Source: an uncultured Rivularia sp. (GTDB taxonomy: Bacteria; Cyanobacteriota; Cyanobacteriia; Cyanobacteriales; Nostocaceae). Taken from it: DNA of 64,000 nt. Below are positions 9,832 through 21,420 of this stretch, one piece after another. The stretch is taken from NCBI GenBank assembly GCA_963665115.1, contig OY762007.1, positions 5,568,001-5,632,000 on the forward strand. The letters run 5' to 3'. Position 1 is the stretch's first letter. The number at the start of each line of letters is the position of its first letter. A program made the position numbers and the translations under genes. The notes under the pieces were generated by a model. The model was not told where the DNA came from and made no database searches. It saw only the letters and a list, made by a program, of their open reading frames with translations.

Positions 9832-10578
9832 GGAAAATTTTCTACATCATCGGTGAAATCATTAAAAAAACAGAAAGTAATCAAATATTGATTTGTTTAT
9901 CTGTTAAATACACTATATGCCGTGGTAATTCCCTCAAGCTAATAAAAATTAAAATATTCGGGAAGCTAGTAGCATAGCTAGCTGTAGACCTGGGGGAAGC
10001 TGTTTAACCTGGGGGAATCCCTTAAGTTTCGATAAAATGTACCTCTCGATGATGTATTATTAATAATCTGGAAAAGTAAATCAAAAAAATATTAAGTTTC
10101 AATTCATCTTATGCTTAAAACATTAAATCTATTACTAAGGATAGATAGATTCATTTTTCTTTTTTGAGGAAAATAAGTTTATGTTTGCTTCGAGTCAATG
10201 CTTGTATTACAGGTGTATCTCGTTGATAGCAGCAAAAAGATTTATCAGACGGAATATTTATGCTAAAAATATCAACTGCTTAATAGGGTGATATTTCGGA
10301 TACTATTTTTATAATTTCCAAGCTAGACTCGGATAGAAATTAATACTTGGGTTGAACCAACAGTACTGTTGGTTATAGATATTTTTTAACTAGTACCCTT
10401 GTCCAAAAATGGGTTGACAGTTGTTTCTTCTACTTTTCCTTTTGTGGAAAGGTAATACAATCAACCCGTTATGTTAATTAGTTCCCATTTGTAACCATTT
10501 CTTGAAACAAGCTACAAGCGCTTCAGATAGCATTTTTGAAGCGTATTTGAACATCAATTAAATTTCTTCGGAGGAAAA

Positions 10579-10833
10579 ATGCTTCAGGGTAATAATGGTG
10601 AAACTCTTTCTATTTACGAATGGTTATCTAGAGCAGGATTTAAAAATTCCGATGTCTTTAGAATGGAGCCGGAATTAATTCGCCATCTTCACAGACAGTG
10701 GTTTGTATATCGCGAAATTGTGCAAACTTTTATGTCAGAAAATGACTGTTCCGATCCCAGCGAAATTGAAATTAACCATCCCTATCGCACACCTCAAGTA
10801 CCTCAAGCTGCTTCTTACTCTCAGATGGCTTAA
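10579..10833 (+). CDS. Hypothetical protein (84 aa)
   Basis: Strong GGAGG RBS just before the ATG; inverted repeat downstream. Confidence 0.7.
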   Translation: MLQGNNGETLSIYEWLSRAGFKNSDVFRMEPELIRHLHRQWFVYREIVQTFMSENDCSDPSEIEINHPYRTPQVPQAASYSQMA

Positions 10834-10857
10834 ATTGATCCCCATTGCACCTCGATG

Positions 10858-10900
10858 AGAAACCGGATTTCTGCAAATGGCTAAACGAAATCCGGTTTCT
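10858..10900. repeat. Short dispersed palindrome (AGAAACCGGATTTC...GAAATCCGGTTTCT), possible terminator
   Basis: Inverted repeat; related sequences at ~36060-36125 and ~42208-42236. Confidence 0.65.
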
Positions 10901-10980
10901 TTATGCTTATTGAGAATGATGCAAGGTGTGGTACTACAAACAATTGTTTAAGAGGATGTTTTTAAAGTATAATTATATAC

Positions 10981-11323
10981 CTACTGATTTTTTTGCCAAA
11001 GTTGCTGAATAAACTGATGAAGTTGCTGCTTGGCTGCTTGAAATAATTCTGGTTTTGGTTTCTTTAACTAAAATCTGTGTGTATAGCTCAATTACTTCTG
11101 TATCTAAAGCCGGTTGAAACAAGTTTATTGCCCAGAGTAAATCGGAAGTAGAGCGCAAATCGCTTACTTGCCGCGCTTCACTTTCTTGAATAACAAGTAG
11201 TAAAGGACGCACCCAGCATAAATTACGTTCGACTACTACCTGAATCACTTCTGCATATAGTCTGCTGTCGCCATATTCGAGAAAGACTATTTGTCCGGCT
11301 TGAAAATTTAATTTGATCTCCAT
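10981..11323 (-). CDS. Conserved cyanobacterial hypothetical protein; probable +1 frameshift at 11059-11061
   Basis: Motif LYAEVIQVVVERNLCWVRPLLL. Removing one base gives a helical end EPKPELFQAAKQQLHQFIQQLWQKNQ* stopping at 10981. Confidence 0.7.
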
Positions 11324-11597
11324 GTTTCGGGGGTTATGTGGCGACAATAATTATTTACTGTACTTCGATCCATTTTCATCTATTTTCACAGCCTTAGTCC
11401 AGTTGGTTGAGAAAAAATAGTAATTTGTGCAACTGAAACTAAACTCAAAAAGTATGCTAGTAGTCTCATCATGATTACTAATCAATTGAGCGGATAAAAC
11501 TTTAGTCAAATTCGAGCATCGCAATTAGATGCGATACAATATTTTAAATAAGTGTTAAGTAAAGTGTAGTAAACAAAAGAGAAGAAGCGTACTAACC

Positions 11598-11879
11598 GTG
11601 TCAGTCGAAACCATACAGAAACCCTCAACAATCCGTAAGCACGCGCCTCGGTACCGTGTTTTGCTCCATAATGATGATAATAACCCGATGGAGTATGTGG
11701 TGCAGACACTGATCGCCACAGTGCCGAGCCTCAGCCAACCCCAGGCTGTCAGCATCATGATGGAAGCCCATACGAATGGATTAGCTTTAGTTATTACTTG
11801 CGCTCAAGAACACGCGGAGTTTTATAGCGAGACTCTAAAAGATCGTGGGTTAAGCAGCACAATTGAGCCGGAAGACTAA
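11598..11879 (+). CDS. clpS: ATP-dependent Clp protease adaptor ClpS
   Basis: PRYRVLLHNDDNNPMEYVV...IMMEAHTNGLALV. Confidence 0.95.
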   Translation: MSVETIQKPSTIRKHAPRYRVLLHNDDNNPMEYVVQTLIATVPSLSQPQAVSIMMEAHTNGLALVITCAQEHAEFYSETLKDRGLSSTIEPED

Positions 11880-12000
11880 CGTTAAACAAAAAAGAAACTG
11901 TTTATACTTAGTTGTCGTCCGTTTTCAAAGCATGGTAAAGAAACAGCAGATAATATAAGTTTATTTACTGCTGTCCAATTGCCAATACAAACGACTTGGT

Positions 12001-12837
12001 ATGAAAATTAATTTATTTCGTTTATCTCAGCGCCCTGCCCCTATAAGGTTGGGCTGCTTTATTTTAAGTTTGTTGTTGCCGTGGTTGCCTTATGCTGCGG
12101 CGATTTACATTATGGTTAAGGATGAAAATACCCGCACTATTTTAACGATGGGTATTTTAGCAGTTGAGTTTTTATTTTTACTACCTTGGTGGAGTAAATA
12201 TATTCATCAGCAAACTCCAGCATTCCGCCATTATGGTTTAGAGTTTACCCGGAAAAACGGAGTCGAGTTGCTGCGAGGTGTGGCAATTGGGCTAATTAGT
12301 GTTTTATTATTATTCGCCGTGCAAGGAATATTGGGTTGGTTGGTTTGGCAGCAACCCACTTTTTCGATGTTGCAATTGGTTTTGGAAGGTTTGCTTACTG
12401 GTTTGGGTGTAGCTTTCGCTGAAGAATTATTCTTTCGGGGGTTTATATATGATGAATTGCAGCGAGATTATAATTCTAAAGCAGTAGTTTGGGCAACTGC
12501 GATTATTTTTGCCGTACTGCACTTTATTAAGCCGCTGCCAGTAATTATAAGTACGTCGCCGCAATTTTTAGGGTTGTTACTTTTAGGTTTGGCTTGCGTC
12601 TGGGCTAAACGTAGTTGCAGGGGGCGCTTAGGCTTATCCATCGGACTTCATGGGGGTTTAGTCTGGGGTAATTACATTATTGAAGTAGGAAAATTAATTA
12701 AATATTCTGGCACGGTTCCCCAATGGGTTACTGGTGTAAATAATAATCCTTTAGCTGGGGTAATGGGTTTATTAAGTTTACTATTGTTAGCTTTGTGGAT
12801 GCGTCAAAAGCAGTTAACAGTTAGCAGTAAACAGTAA
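12001..12837 (+). CDS. CPBP (CAAX/Abi) intramembrane glutamic endopeptidase
   Basis: EELFFRG, FAVLH and IGLHGG motifs; multiple TM helices. Confidence 0.9.
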   Translation: MKINLFRLSQRPAPIRLGCFILSLLLPWLPYAAAIYIMVKDENTRTILTMGILAVEFLFLLPWWSKYIHQQTPAFRHYGLEFTRKNGVELLRGVAIGLISVLLLFAVQGILGWLVWQQPTFSMLQLVLEGLLTGLGVAFAEELFFRGFIYDELQRDYNSKAVVWATAIIFAVLHFIKPLPVIISTSPQFLGLLLLGLACVWAKRSCRGRLGLSIGLHGGLVWGNYIIEVGKLIKYSGTVPQWVTGVNNNPLAGVMGLLSLLLLALWMRQKQLTVSSKQ

Positions 12838-12880
12838 CCAATTATCAATTATCAATTATCAATTATCAGTTAGCTTGGAA

Positions 12881-14039
12881 TTATTCATTCAAAGGTAGGC
12901 TAATATAACCCCATTTTTCGCCAACTTTAACCCAGGCTTTTCCTATTTTTGGATAAGTGGTATTTGTTTGGTATGACAATATTTCACCGGCATGATCGAA
13001 TCGTGGCGAGATTACCATTTGACCTTTTTTATTGATATAGCCCCATTTATCCTCAATATTTACTTTTGCTAACCCTTGAGAAAATTTACCCACGTCTCCA
13101 AATTGTGGCTTGATAACAAGCTTACCTTTCTTATTGATATAGCCATATTTTCCATTTATCCATACTGGTGCAAGCCCGTTAGAAAAATTACTGGCTTCTA
13201 AAAAAGATGGCTCGATCTCAAATTTACCTTTGCTATTTATATATCCCCATTTGCTATCCTGACTTGCTAATGCCAATCCTTCAGAAAAATTCCACGCTCG
13301 CTCAAATTGTGGTGCGATCGCCAGTTTACCTTTGCTATTTATATAACCCCATTTCCCAGCAATTCTAACTGGGGGCCATATTTTCATTAAAGGAGGCAGC
13401 TTTGTCAAATTGAGGTTTTATGACTAAATTTCCACTTGTATCGATATAGCCCCATTTTTCGCCTACTTTCACGGGTGCAAGCATTACTTTATTCGCAACT
13501 TTGCTTTGCTTATCTGTTGTAAAAGACATGGCATCATCAAATTGAGGTTGGATAACAAATTTACCAGTTTTGTTTATGTAACCCCATTTATCACCTGATT
13601 TAACAAGTGCAATTCCTTGAGTAAATTCCCGCGCTGAATCAAACTTTGCTTGAATGGCTAACGAACCATTTTTATTGATATATCCCCATTTATCACCTAT
13701 ATCTACCCATGCTAATCCTTCGGAAAATTCTCCAGCACCATCAAATACTGGCGGGATAACTACTTTTCCAGCATTGTTAATATATCCCTTACGATAACCA
13801 ATATATACTGAAGCAAATCCTTCAGAAAACTCGCTTACTGATGTAAATTTTGGCTGAATTGTAAAAGTATAATTGTTATTTTTACTACTTCTTAAACGCT
13901 TTGAAATTGAACTGCTATCCTTAGAATTAGAAAAAGCTGGTGCTGAGGATATCAAGCAGGGAAGAGTAACAAGTAAAGCAGAAATCACTGCCAATCGCTT
14001 GCAAGCAAATGAGAAAGCGGCTTTGGATGATATATCCAT
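12881..14039 (-). CDS. Secreted WG-repeat (KWG) protein, split into two ORFs by a frameshift in the G5 run at 13371-13375
   Basis: Repeated FSEGLA.V....KWGYINK.G..VI.PQF units in both ORFs; one-base correction joins ENMAP to VRIAGKWGY. Confidence 0.9.
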
Positions 14040-14214
14040 ATAATTGTGTCGATTTTTATAGATTTTAATACTGGTACGAACCAGTTAGTTAAAGGTTAAT
14101 AAATTTTTATACTTTAAAATAAAATTACTTACCCTGGTTTGATCACGTTTAAGTTTGGTTAAATGTTCCTTCTTCAGTTACCAAGTACCAGTCATCAATA
14201 CTTGTAATACAAAG

Positions 14215-14292
14215 TTCGTAGTAGTGCTTTAGCACCTCCGATAAGAGGCGCTGTTAGCGGAGCGTGCCCGGAGGGCATAGCGCTACTACGAA
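14215..14292. repeat. Short dispersed inverted-repeat element (GTTCGTAGTAG...CTACTACGAAC)
   Basis: 11-bp terminal inverted repeat with a GC-rich internal hairpin; partial related copy at ~19635. Confidence 0.7.
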
Positions 14293-14335
14293 CCTTAATT
14301 GTATGTAGTATTAGACACAACTATTTATTTTGGAT

Positions 14336-14977
14336 TTATTTAACAACCTTTTGAACTATAGTTCCGACTAAACAAGCTTTATCGAAATTTACGCCGTCTA
14401 AATTCGCATCTTGTAATTCCGCGCACAATAAATTTGCACCTGTAAAATTCGCACCTGCTAAATTAGCTTTGCGTAAGTCGGCTTCTTCTAAGTTGGCTTC
14501 GCTTAATAATGCACCTTGTAAATCTGCACGACTCAAGTCTGCACCTTTAAGGTTTGCACCTGTAAAATTGGCACCGCGTAAATCGGCACCGCGTAAGTCA
14601 ACCCCTTGCAAATCAACGTTAATTAAGTTACTACCACTTAAGAAAGCACCTGCGAAAGAAACTTCGCTAAGTATGGCACCCATAAAGTTAGCGCCGCGTA
14701 AATTGCTACCTCGTACATCCGCGCCGGTTAAATCTGCTTGCATCAAGTTAGCTCCCATCAAGTTGGCTCGCAAGTCAGTTTGTTGGAGGTTTGCGCCCAT
14801 AAAATTCGCTCCTTCTAAATGAGCGCCTTCAAATTTGGAATGAGCAAAATTTGTACCTACCAGAGTTGCACCAGCTAAATTTGCTCTACTTAAGTCAACT
14901 TTAGATAATTCTTCGTCTTCTAAATTAGCTCCGGCTAGCTGCTTCAATTCACCGGATTTAATGGCTTCAATATTCAT
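14336..14977 (-). CDS. Pentapeptide repeat protein
   Basis: Continuous A(N/D)LxG pentapeptides. Confidence 0.95.
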   Translation of the reverse strand: MNIEAIKSGELKQLAGANLEDEELSKVDLSRANLAGATLVGTNFAHSKFEGAHLEGANFMGANLQQTDLRANLMGANLMQADLTGADVRGSNLRGANFMGAILSEVSFAGAFLSGSNLINVDLQGVDLRGADLRGANFTGANLKGADLSRADLQGALLSEANLEEADLRKANLAGANFTGANLLCAELQDANLDGVNFDKACLVGTIVQKVVK

Positions 14978-15101
14978 ATATATCTTTATTACATTAATAA
15001 TAATTTATAAATTTAAAACAACTAGACGCAAAGAGACAACTCTATTATCGCTCCTTACGTCCATGCTTCAAATTATCCATTGAGAATCCAAGCAAAACAA
15101 A

Positions 15102-16496
15102 TTATTTAAAGTAACTTCTTATTACACTTGGCTCGCTTATTCCTCCTTGATTGCTATCAACCAACCACACTCCAGCGCTCAACTTAGGTGAAATTACGGG
15201 TAATTCAAGCCCTTGATGAAAACCCATAACTAATAAAGTCAAGGTTTCTATTAGTTTAGGATCGAAACGACTTGATTGTTGTTGAGTGCATTCTTCTAAA
15301 GCTTGAGTAAATGTTTCTTCCTTAGTTAATCCCGAAGAGAACTTTTGACTTACTCTGAATTGGAAATCTGCCACTAAAGCCAAAATTCTGGACTCTAAAG
15401 GAATGTCGTCTCCTCCTAATCCTGTTGGCTCCCCAGTACCATCCCACCATTCCGATTGATGGGTAATAATTTGTGCTACAGCTCGCAATCTTGGCATAGT
15501 ACGTAACACCTGCGTGCCCGGTACTAAGGCACAAGTCAAAGCACAACTGGGTGCGTCTTCTTTGTAAGTTGTAGATGTTCCAGGAGTCAAAACGCTTTCG
15601 GCATTTTGCAGGGGATGTATGCGATGTAGAAAACCCGCAAGCCGCAATCGTTTCATTTGCCACGCAGGCAAATCTAAAAGCTGCCCCATTGTTTCGGATA
15701 ATGCTACAACTTCTGTTGCTGCCATTGGGTTGGTAACATCGGCAGCATCAAGAAGTTGTGCCATCCGTAAAAATGCTTGAATTTCATTAGAAAATAAGTT
15801 TCTATCTAAAATTCTCTGACGATTACCAGCAGGAACAGAAATATTAGTTTGTTCGGTTTGCAAATAGTCTACAACTTTGGAAACTACAGTTGCTAATTCT
15901 TCTGATGTGGCAACAGTTGGGTTAATTTCCCGTTCGTATTCCTGTAGCTTCTTCGCAAGTTCGGGATTATAACTTTCAATATGATTAATCGCTATTCTTG
16001 CGGTTTCCTTAACTAAATCCGGCTCAAACGTCCACAAACCATAAAATTTGCGCTCTAAATCCGATTGTGGCTGTCCCGATGAACCATAATCTTCTTCAGA
16101 TAGCTCTTGACAAATCACCATTGCCGTGTAGTTAGGCGATAAAATAATTAAATGCCATTCTTCAGCAACAGCATCTTCTGGTTCTATAGACACCAAGTCT
16201 ACATTAGGTAGGTTGCTGGTAGGATGTTCGAGCCATGCACTATCGGCAGCTGCCATAATCGAAATTAGAGAAGAACACTTCGCAATATCTGCATAACGAT
16301 TAGCTTCTTCTAAATACCACTTTCCTTGCTGAAAAGCAGTGATAACTAAAGGTTTACTGTCGTCGTCTAATATATGGTCTTCTAAAGCGTGGCAAAGAGC
16401 CACCAAAGTATTTTTATAGTAAACGCCGTATCTGATCGGTCTTTTACTATCTTGATGGGCTTCTTGCAGCTTTTGGAGTATTGAGCCTTCTAACAT
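15102..16496 (-). CDS. DICT sensory domain plus degenerate HD-GYP-like domain protein
   Basis: YYKNTLVALCHALED...AFQQGKWY...EWHLII (DICT); HQSEWWDGTGEP..IPLESRILA (HD-GYP-like). Confidence 0.85.
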   Translation of the reverse strand: MLEGSILQKLQEAHQDSKRPIRYGVYYKNTLVALCHALEDHILDDDSKPLVITAFQQGKWYLEEANRYADIAKCSSLISIMAAADSAWLEHPTSNLPNVDLVSIEPEDAVAEEWHLIILSPNYTAMVICQELSEEDYGSSGQPQSDLERKFYGLWTFEPDLVKETARIAINHIESYNPELAKKLQEYEREINPTVATSEELATVVSKVVDYLQTEQTNISVPAGNRQRILDRNLFSNEIQAFLRMAQLLDAADVTNPMAATEVVALSETMGQLLDLPAWQMKRLRLAGFLHRIHPLQNAESVLTPGTSTTYKEDAPSCALTCALVPGTQVLRTMPRLRAVAQIITHQSEWWDGTGEPTGLGGDDIPLESRILALVADFQFRVSQKFSSGLTKEETFTQALEECTQQQSSRFDPKLIETLTLLVMGFHQGLELPVISPKLSAGVWLVDSNQGGISEPSVIRSYFK

Positions 16497-16747
16497 TGGG
16501 TTTTATTAATTTTATTAAACTAATCTCAAATGCATTGCGAGCAATTCTAACACCGCTACAGGTATAAAGGGATTTATCTATGGTAATAATTAATTATTCT
16601 CGAAAACTCCCGAAAATATACTGTTAGGGCTAAGTAATTACTTTGAGTCCGAATCTTTCCTAGTGTTTTTCTCCTTTAACTCATTGACTTGTTGCTGCTC
16701 CCCTAATTTATTTATAGTAGGGTGAACTCTGCCACCCTACTGATAAC

Positions 16748-18320
16748 TTATGATACACCAGCAAGTTGCTTTGGTTTTGTTTGAATTGGTGCGGAAAGTG
16801 CTTCTTCTAATGGGGCACAGCCAAGTTTTTCTTCTAGGATTTTCATGACTTCGCGTCCGAAATCATTGGGGTTTTGTCGTGTGGCTTGCAAACAGACTTC
16901 ACCAAAAAATGAACCCAAAGGTTCGGGATTCCATAATAATTTTCTAGCATTCCACGGAGCTAAAAGCATCGGATTGTAACCTTTGTTGAGAATACCTTCT
17001 TTAAAAGCGTATTCTTCTAAATGGGTGTGGGGTTGCAATCCAATAAAGAAAATTGCTGGTTCAACTTTATCTACGCCGAAAATTCGTTCTAATTCGCGAT
17101 GGTAAGCGATTGTTTGGCGAATTGTCTCGGTACGTTCGTCTATTACATTAAAAGAATAGTTAACCGAAACTAAATCGTTGAATCCAGCAGCTTTTAAATC
17201 GCGGCAGTTTTCTAAAACGGTTCGCAGATTGTAACCCATCCGCATTTTACGCACTAATTCCTGAGAGCCACTGGTAATACCGATTTCAAAATAATTCATT
17301 CCGGTTTTTACCATCAAATCGCATAGCTTCGGAGTCAGGTTATCGGCGCGGATATATGCCGCCCAATTAATATCCGTCATTCCCGAATCAACGATTTTTT
17401 CCAATAATTCCACAGCATCATCCATGAATTTTCGTGCTGGGATAAATTGAGCATCGGTAAACCAAAATTTACGAATTCCTCTATCGTAAAGTTGTCGCAT
17501 TTCCGCAACTACTTCATCAGCCGGATTAATCCGTACCTGCTTACCTTCCACCACCGTGTAAACGCAGTAGCAGCAATTGTGAGGACAACCGCGCTTAGTT
17601 TGTACGCCAATATAAAAATCTTGTTCTTGAAGATAATAGTTAAACTCAGACCAAATACTTTGTATATAGTCGTAATTACAAGCGCTTTTCTCAATGGGAG
17701 TAGGTTGTTCGTGAATCAGGCGATCGCGCGGTTGAGTTTCTCCTACCACATAACAGCGTTCGTCCCTAAATTCTTTGCCGCTTAACAGCTTTTCTAATAA
17801 GCTTTCCCCTTCACCAACGGAAACAATCGAACCTTTGGGTAAGCTGTTGTTCAACTGCTCGTAATAAACGCTAACCGCACCACCACCAACAATAACCCGG
17901 ACATCTTTATTGTATTTACGAGCGCGGTTTAATCCACGTTTAATCAATGCCGAATTTCGCCAAAGTTCTGTATAAAAGCCTTTGAGCATTTGCACGCCAC
18001 CTAAAGCTCCGTGCATTTTCACAAAAGGATTTTTGGCGTAGAAAATTTCAAAAGAATACTGTAAAGGATTCCCACCTCTTCCGCCAACTGGAGCAAAAAT
18101 ATGAATATCGCGCCAAGAATAAATTAATAGCGTCGGCTTAAATTCATCAATACAGGCATCCAGAGCAGATTTATAGTCTAAAGGTGGTACCGTTTCCCAA
18201 ATCAAAAATCCGCTGTTCGACATTCTCGAACAATTTATGGACGTGATCTGCAAGGTATACTACCCCAATGGGAAAAATCGGATTACAAGGAAGGCGAACG
18301 TAGAGAATTTTGTTTTCCAT
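16748..18320 (-). CDS. B12-binding-like radical SAM protein (PSII high-light acclimation, Slr0320-like); frameshift at 18193-18195
   Basis: CxxxCxxC motif RGCPHNCCYC. True N-terminus MENKILYVRLPCNPIFPIGVVYLADH from the ATG at 18320 joins IFDLG|TVPPLDY after removing one base. Confidence 0.88.
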
Positions 18321-18978
18321 AGTTAACTGTTTCAACTTCTATATTGCGGCTATCAAAAAAACAGAGCTAATATTTGCTTTAAAACTAGATATTTAGATTA
18401 ATTTTCGTCCTTAATGACAATCGTACCTGAGTTTTCACTCAATTTTGAATAAATGAGATTGTCGCTTAAAACGCTTTTTGACAGGTAAAAACTCCTATAA
18501 GAGCCAGATTAAACAATTATCTTCATCGAAAAGTTTTATGAAAATCAACTTCATATACCTTTACGATAACATCCACTTCCTTTCTCAAACCCATTTGTTT
18601 TGCGATCGGGAGCAGAGGAAGCTGGGGAGGCTGGGGAGGCTGGGGAGGTAATTAATTTTATTTCTTATATTTCTTATATATATTATTCTTCCCCTGTTCC
18701 CTCCGCTCTCTTCAACTGCCAATTGTTATCTAGTTACTATTTGTTGAGAACTAAAGTCTGATATTATGGGAAACTAAATTATTACCAGTATAAAAATGCA
18801 GCAAGATTCAGTAAATATTCTAGAGTTTTGTTAGCAGGTTAATTGAAAAATATTGTTCGGGCAGTAAAACTTATTTCCTATTGTCTTTTTGCTAAAAAAT
18901 ATCGTTGGCATTAAGTTTACTGATACCAAGGGTGCAGTGTAGAAGTTAAATTACGTACATAACCTTTGGCTGATTGTT

Positions 18979-19602
18979 ATGCAGAAGCGTTTGACAACAA
19001 AACAAGTTTCCCAAATTGTCGCAGAAGTTGAACGTTTGTCTCAACGACGACAATCTGAAATTGAAGTGGAAGAGTTACAGCAGATTTTACAGGAGTTGAA
19101 TTTACCTGAAGATTTGCTCGATGAAGCGGTAATGCAGGTTTATCGCAAGCAAGCTGTAGATAAGCAGAAGAAGCGCAATCGTTTGATAATTGGCGGTGTA
19201 ATGGCTGTGGTGGTAAGTGCGATCGCGGCGGCATTTTTTATGCAACAGCAGCAGCAGCAAGCACTTGAACGTATTAATGTTTACGATAGTCGAGTTGGTT
19301 TTAGACGTAATGATTCTGGGAGCGTAGAAGAAATCAACCGTCAAAATACTCCGGAAATATTTTACAATGTTACTCTTCAAGATGTTCCGATCGGAGAACA
19401 GGTAAAATTAGGCTGTAATTGGGTAGATCCTAACCGTGAAATAGCTCATCAAAATAATTGGAAAACTAAAACTGTTAGTAAGGAAGTTTGGAATACCCAT
19501 TGCCGCTACAAATTCAAGAAGAATGTTGCTACTGGTAATTGGATTGTACAAATGACTTTGGATGATGAAGTTATTAGTAGCAATAAGTTTGTTGTTAAGT
19601 AA
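18979..19602 (+). CDS. Single-pass membrane protein with C-terminal Ig-like beta domain (DUF3859-like)
   Basis: Helical N-terminus, one TM helix, beta-rich C-terminus with CNWVDP..THC..GNWIVQM. Confidence 0.65.
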   Translation: MQKRLTTKQVSQIVAEVERLSQRRQSEIEVEELQQILQELNLPEDLLDEAVMQVYRKQAVDKQKKRNRLIIGGVMAVVVSAIAAAFFMQQQQQQALERINVYDSRVGFRRNDSGSVEEINRQNTPEIFYNVTLQDVPIGEQVKLGCNWVDPNREIAHQNNWKTKTVSKEVWNTHCRYKFKKNVATGNWIVQMTLDDEVISSNKFVVK

Positions 19603-19680
19603 TTTGGGAATGGGTAATTGGTAAAATAATTTTAGTTCGTAGTAAGGGCTTTAGCCCTCTAAAATACTGATAATTGATAA

Positions 19681-21420
19681 TTGAAAGAAATAGTAGGTTA
19701 TTGGGGTTGCGGTAATTTATCTGAATCGGAAGCTCTTTTGAATAGGGTATTTAGTAAAGCATCTGATAAGAAAGGGTTGCAAAAGATTAACTATGAAAAT
19801 GACGATTGCTTTGGAGTTTTAGCTGGATGGATTGCAAAGAAAACTTCTATCAATGGCGAAGGAATTGTTAAAAATAAAAATTTTTGTCAGGTTTCGCTTT
19901 CTGCTGCTGGAATTCCAGAGTTGGCAGATGCCACAATTAAGTTTGAAAATAAGCGTTTAATTTTAAGTCGAGATAGAATAGGGCGCGTACCTTTATATTG
20001 GTTTCGGCAAGAGCAGATAATTTGGTTTGCAACGCGAATTCAGTTGTTATTACCTGTTTTAGATTCTCCACAAGTCAGTATTTCAGGTTTTTACGGCTAT
20101 AACTGTTTTTCTTACGTACCTACTCCTTTAACTCCCATCGAAAATGTTTTCACTGTACCCGCAGGATGTGAAATCGTTTGGGAAATTAATAAAAGTCATA
20201 AAATCCAAAACGATCAAATTCAAAATCATCAGTGGAAAGAAGCTAATAATTTAATTCGAGATGAAAAAACGGCGATATCGCAACTACAAGGTTTATTAAA
20301 AGATGCAATCCACCATCAACTTAGTAATTTACCTTCTGCGGAAGTAGGAGTATTTCTTTCTGGAGGGTTAGATTCTTCTGTCGTTGCGGCTTTGTTGGTG
20401 CAAGCTGGAATAAAAGTAAGAGCCTACGCTTTAGATTTTGGCGAATATGGAATTTCTGAATTACCTTTCGCTGAAACTGTCGCCGCACATTTGCAGATTC
20501 CTTTGGTAAAAGTTGACGCAACACCGAAACGCATTAAATCAGCAATTCGCGCTACCGTCAAAGCTTTAGATTTACCTTTTGGAGATGGCGTGACGGTACC
20601 TATATATTTACTGTGCGAAGCTGCATCAAAAGAAACTTCAGTAATTTTCAACGGTGAAGGGGGAGATCAATTATTTGCTGGATGGACAAATAAACCTTTA
20701 ATTGCTGCTGGTATTTATAATTCCGATGATTTTAATCAACAATACTTGAGAACCTTTCATCGACTTTATGGTTACGAAGCACAATCTTTGCAATCAAAAG
20801 TATTTAGTCAAATTGAAAACATTAATCCAGAAGATTGGATTGCATCGGCATTAAATCCAGAATTTACCGACAATATTTTAGCGAGATTGCGGCGTGCAAG
20901 CTTGATGCTCAAAGGCGCACAAAACATTCATCCCAGAGCTACTAATTTAGGAAAAGCCTTTAATTTGAGAGTGCGATCGCCTTTTTGCGATTTAGCATTA
21001 GCCGAATGGAGTTTGGCACTTTCGGGAGAACTTTGTTTGCAGGGAAATACTGAAAAATATATCCTCAAACGTGCGGTTGAATCATGGCTACCTTCGGAAA
21101 TTGTGTGGCGAGAAAAACGCGGTATGGGAGTACCTTTAAATAATTGGTGTTTGGGTGAATTATGGGGAGAAGTTAGCAAAAGATTGAATACAGGTATTTT
21201 GAAATCTGAAGGGTTTTATCAAGAAGATATTATTCGGAAAATTCTCGCGGGTGAAATCGGCGGGCAAATTCGTCAGCGTCGCATCGGTGAAGTTTTGTGG
21301 TTGCTATTGATGTGGGAAGTGTGGAGAGTTGAAGTTTTAGGGGAGAAAGCTGAGGGGAAAGTTTTTGATTATCAGTTGTTGGGATTGAGGGTTTTGCAGA
21401 AGTTTGGGCATAGGGGATAG
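19681..21420 (+). CDS. Asparagine synthetase B-like ATP-dependent amide ligase lacking the N-terminal Cys
   Basis: RDRIGRVPLY, FLSGGLDSS, NGEGGDQLFAG, RSPFCD, EKYILK, REKRGM. Confidence 0.88.
   Translation: MKEIVGYWGCGNLSESEALLNRVFSKASDKKGLQKINYENDDCFGVLAGWIAKKTSINGEGIVKNKNFCQVSLSAAGIPELADATIKFENKRLILSRDRIGRVPLYWFRQEQIIWFATRIQLLLPVLDSPQVSISGFYGYNCFSYVPTPLTPIENVFTVPAGCEIVWEINKSHKIQNDQIQNHQWKEANNLIRDEKTAISQLQGLLKDAIHHQLSNLPSAEVGVFLSGGLDSSVVAALLVQAGIKVRAYALDFGEYGISELPFAETVAAHLQIPLVKVDATPKRIKSAIRATVKALDLPFGDGVTVPIYLLCEAASKETSVIFNGEGGDQLFAGWTNKPLIAAGIYNSDDFNQQYLRTFHRLYGYEAQSLQSKVFSQIENINPEDWIASALNPEFTDNILARLRRASLMLKGAQNIHPRATNLGKAFNLRVRSPFCDLALAEWSLALSGELCLQGNTEKYILKRAVESWLPSEIVWREKRGMGVPLNNWCLGELWGEVSKRLNTGILKSEGFYQEDIIRKILAGEIGGQIRQRRIGEVLWLLLMWEVWRVEVLGEKAEGKVFDYQLLGLRVLQKFGHRG

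Noticed and set aside
14469..14822. 117-aa antisense ORF
   Set aside because: Shadow of the pentapeptide repeat gene.
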